64,000 bases of DNA. It comes from an uncultured Candidatus Nanopelagicus sp. (GTDB lineage: Bacteria > Actinomycetota > Actinomycetes > Nanopelagicales > Nanopelagicaceae). The position numbers and the translations under genes are program-made. A model generated the notes under the pieces. It saw nothing but the letters and a program-made list of their open reading frames with translations, ran no database searches and was not told the DNA's origin. The stretch is taken from the NCBI GenBank assembly GCA_964628535.1, contig CAZVNE010000001.1, forward strand, positions 8,792-72,791, in the 5' to 3' direction. Of the stretch, positions 61,790 to 64,000 are shown piece by piece; the first letter of the stretch is position 1; every line of letters begins with the position of its first letter.

Positions 61790-62890
61790 GTGAAATCCAA
61801 TCGAGGTATCAAATTTTTGAGGATTGTTTCCCTTGCCACCTTGGCGGTTTCAGCAATAAGCGCACTTGCCTTTACTACCGTTTCTGCCTCGATTGAAAAG
61901 ATTGATGCCTTTACTGGATTAAGTGATCGTCCCGAAAAAGCCTCATCTGCCATTAATTACTTAATTGTTGGTTCAGACACCAGAGAGGGATTAAGTAAGG
62001 CGGAGTTAAAGGCACTTCGAGTTGGCTCTGTTAAGAGCGCGGCCGGTAAGCGATCTGACACGATGATGTTAATTCATATCTCAAAAGCTCGAGATAAAGC
62101 GGTGATTGTTTCCATACCCCGGGATTCTTTTGCATTAATTCCAGAGCATAAAAATAGTCAAGGAAAATTAATACCAGCGGCTTACTCAAAGATTAACTCC
62201 GCTTATAACTGGGGCGGTGCTCCGCTTTTAATTGAAGCCTTTGAAAATATGAGTGATTTAAAGATTGATCATTATGTTGAAGTGAATTTTGCTGGCTTTG
62301 CAGATGTTGTCGACTCTCTTGGCGGCATTCAAGTTTGCACAAAGAAAGATATCAATGATTCTAAGAGCCATTTAGTGCTACCAGCGGGTGTTCATACATT
62401 AAATGGAATTGACTCCTTAAAGTTTGTTCGTACCCGTGAGTTTGATGGACTTGGTGATATCGGCAGAATGCAACGTCAGCAACAATTTGTTAGTGCTGTA
62501 CTTCGCAAAGCTACAAGTGCTGGCGTTCTTCTAAATCCAGTCACAATGGTTAACTTTGTTAACTCATCCTTATCAGCCGTAACTACCGACTCAGGTTTGC
62601 AAAGCGAGGATTTAATAACCTTAGCCAGACAAATGAAATCACTCTCGACTTCAAAGGTGCGAACCTTAACTGTTCCACTCTCAAATCTTTATTACAATGC
62701 AAATGGAGTCACTGCATCTGTTTTATGGGATCCAGTATTGGCACCTGAACTGTGGCAACGATTAAAAGAGGATCGGGCGGTAATTGATGAGGTAACCCCA
62801 TCTCCTTCACCATCTGCAACATCTACTGCAGCTCCAATAATTATTGATAAGTTTAAAACCAAAACTGCAGCTGATGACCCTTGTAAGTAG
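61790..62890 (+). CDS. LCP (LytR-CpsA-Psr) glycopolymer transferase
   Basis: GSDTR, RSDTMML, SIPRD, KINSAY and RMQRQQ motifs. Confidence 0.94.
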   Translation: MKSNRGIKFLRIVSLATLAVSAISALAFTTVSASIEKIDAFTGLSDRPEKASSAINYLIVGSDTREGLSKAELKALRVGSVKSAAGKRSDTMMLIHISKARDKAVIVSIPRDSFALIPEHKNSQGKLIPAAYSKINSAYNWGGAPLLIEAFENMSDLKIDHYVEVNFAGFADVVDSLGGIQVCTKKDINDSKSHLVLPAGVHTLNGIDSLKFVRTREFDGLGDIGRMQRQQQFVSAVLRKATSAGVLLNPVTMVNFVNSSLSAVTTDSGLQSEDLITLARQMKSLSTSKVRTLTVPLSNLYYNANGVTASVLWDPVLAPELWQRLKEDRAVIDEVTPSPSPSATSTAAPIIIDKFKTKTAADDPCK

Positions 62891-62904
62891 ATAGGCTGAT
62901 CTCT

Positions 62905-64000
62905 ATGAGTTTAAAGCTTTCGGTAATTGGTACCGGCTACCTCGGTGCAACCCACGCCGCATGTATGGCGAGTTTAGGTTTTGAGGTAATTGGGGTTGAT
63001 GTTGATCCAGCCAAGATAGATCTACTTTCGCAGGGCAAGGTACCTTTTTATGAGCCAGATTTAGAGGAGCTCCTTGCTGAACAAATAAAATCTGGCAGAT
63101 TAAAATTTAGTAAAAATATATCTGATATTGCAGATTGTGATGTGCACTTTATTTGTGTTGGTACACCACAAGTTAAAAATGGTATTGCAGCTGATCTAAC
63201 ATATGTAAATGCAGCGCTAGAAAATGTTGCACCTATCATTAAAGCAGGCTCACTAGTTGTCGGAAAATCAACGGTGCCGGTTGGTACCGCCGCTAGATTG
63301 CGGGATCGATTGATTGAGGTAAATCCAAAAACAGATTTAGCTTGGAATCCAGAGTTTTTACGAGAAGGTTTTGCAGTTGAAGATACATTGCGGCCAAATC
63401 GTCTGGTTGTTGGCACAAATAGTGATCAAGCAGAGGCAACTTTAAAGAAGGTTTATGCCCAAAACTTAGCGGAGGGAACTCCTTGGGTTCGGGCCGATCT
63501 GCCAACCTCTGAATTGGTAAAGGTAGCAGCTAACTCATTTTTAGCTACCAAGATCTCATTTATTAATGCGATGGCAGAGATATGTGAGGCAGCTGGTGGT
63601 GATGTAACGGTTTTGGCTAAGGCGATTGGTTATGACCCACGAATTGGAAATAGATTTTTACAAGCTGGTATTGGTTTTGGTGGTGGCTGTCTGCCAAAGG
63701 ATATTCGTGCATTTATGGCAAGAGCAGAGGAGCTTGGTGCTCAGCAAGCACTTGAATTCTTGAAGGAGATCGATTCAATTAACTTAAGAGCAAGGCAGCG
63801 AATCATCGAGTTGGTGCGTAAGGATTTAGTTGATGATTTAAATGGTAAGAAGGTTGCCATCTTGGGTGCGGCATTTAAGCCAGATTCTGATGATGTACGT
63901 GATTCTCCAGCACTAGATATTGCAGCACAACTTCAAGCAGCGGGTGCCATTGTTACAGTGCATGACCCTAAAGCGATTGCAAATGCACAAAAACGTTTTC
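62905..64000 (+). CDS. ugd: UDP-glucose 6-dehydrogenase family (truncated by window edge)
   Basis: Not in track. ATG 62905 gives MSLKLSVIGTGYLG; ICVGTP, KSTVPVGT, NPEFLREG and GFGGGCLPKD motifs. Confidence 0.95.
   Translation, partial: MSLKLSVIGTGYLGATHAACMASLGFEVIGVDVDPAKIDLLSQGKVPFYEPDLEELLAEQIKSGRLKFSKNISDIADCDVHFICVGTPQVKNGIAADLTYVNAALENVAPIIKAGSLVVGKSTVPVGTAARLRDRLIEVNPKTDLAWNPEFLREGFAVEDTLRPNRLVVGTNSDQAEATLKKVYAQNLAEGTPWVRADLPTSELVKVAANSFLATKISFINAMAEICEAAGGDVTVLAKAIGYDPRIGNRFLQAGIGFGGGCLPKDIRAFMARAEELGAQQALEFLKEIDSINLRARQRIIELVRKDLVDDLNGKKVAILGAAFKPDSDDVRDSPALDIAAQLQAAGAIVTVHDPKAIANAQKRF

Overview
Streamlined, low-GC (roughly 40-43% by eye) actinobacterial chromosome segment. Gene content, tiny intergenic gaps and collapsed Streptomyces/Mycobacterium synteny suggest a freshwater acI / Ca. 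Nanopelagicales-like genome (inference). The right two thirds is mostly core genome: msrAB, tRNA-Arg, whiB1-pdtaS, secA-comF-mtrBA-ahcY-pmm, whiB2, manC, dapC-fdxA, cysS, mshB, mrp-tatB-htrA, pepA, dapD, LCP, ugd. The left third holds two accessory modules. (1) A regulator-free cluster (deoC-like aldolase, fold-III PLP deaminase, RidA, SDR, N-acyl-D-amino-acid deacylase, sugar ABC transporter, unknown TIM-barrel protein) reads as an oxidative, kinase-free N-acetyl-amino-sugar catabolic pathway, with a D-lactate dehydrogenase-like gene nearby. (2) A Wzm/Wzt + sulfotransferase + cysD/cysNC + two GT2 module suggests an exported sulfated surface glycan. Other notable signals: a pseudoknot-capable RNA leader before a short non-actinobacterial-type ahcY; dapC with no canonical start, in frame with fdxA across one TAG; a stand-alone sigma-region-4 microprotein; small ORFs missed by the track; and many leaderless-type promoters (TANNNT-N6/7-start). 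No CRISPR, rRNA, transposase or prophage genes seen. All family calls come from motif recognition, not database searches.
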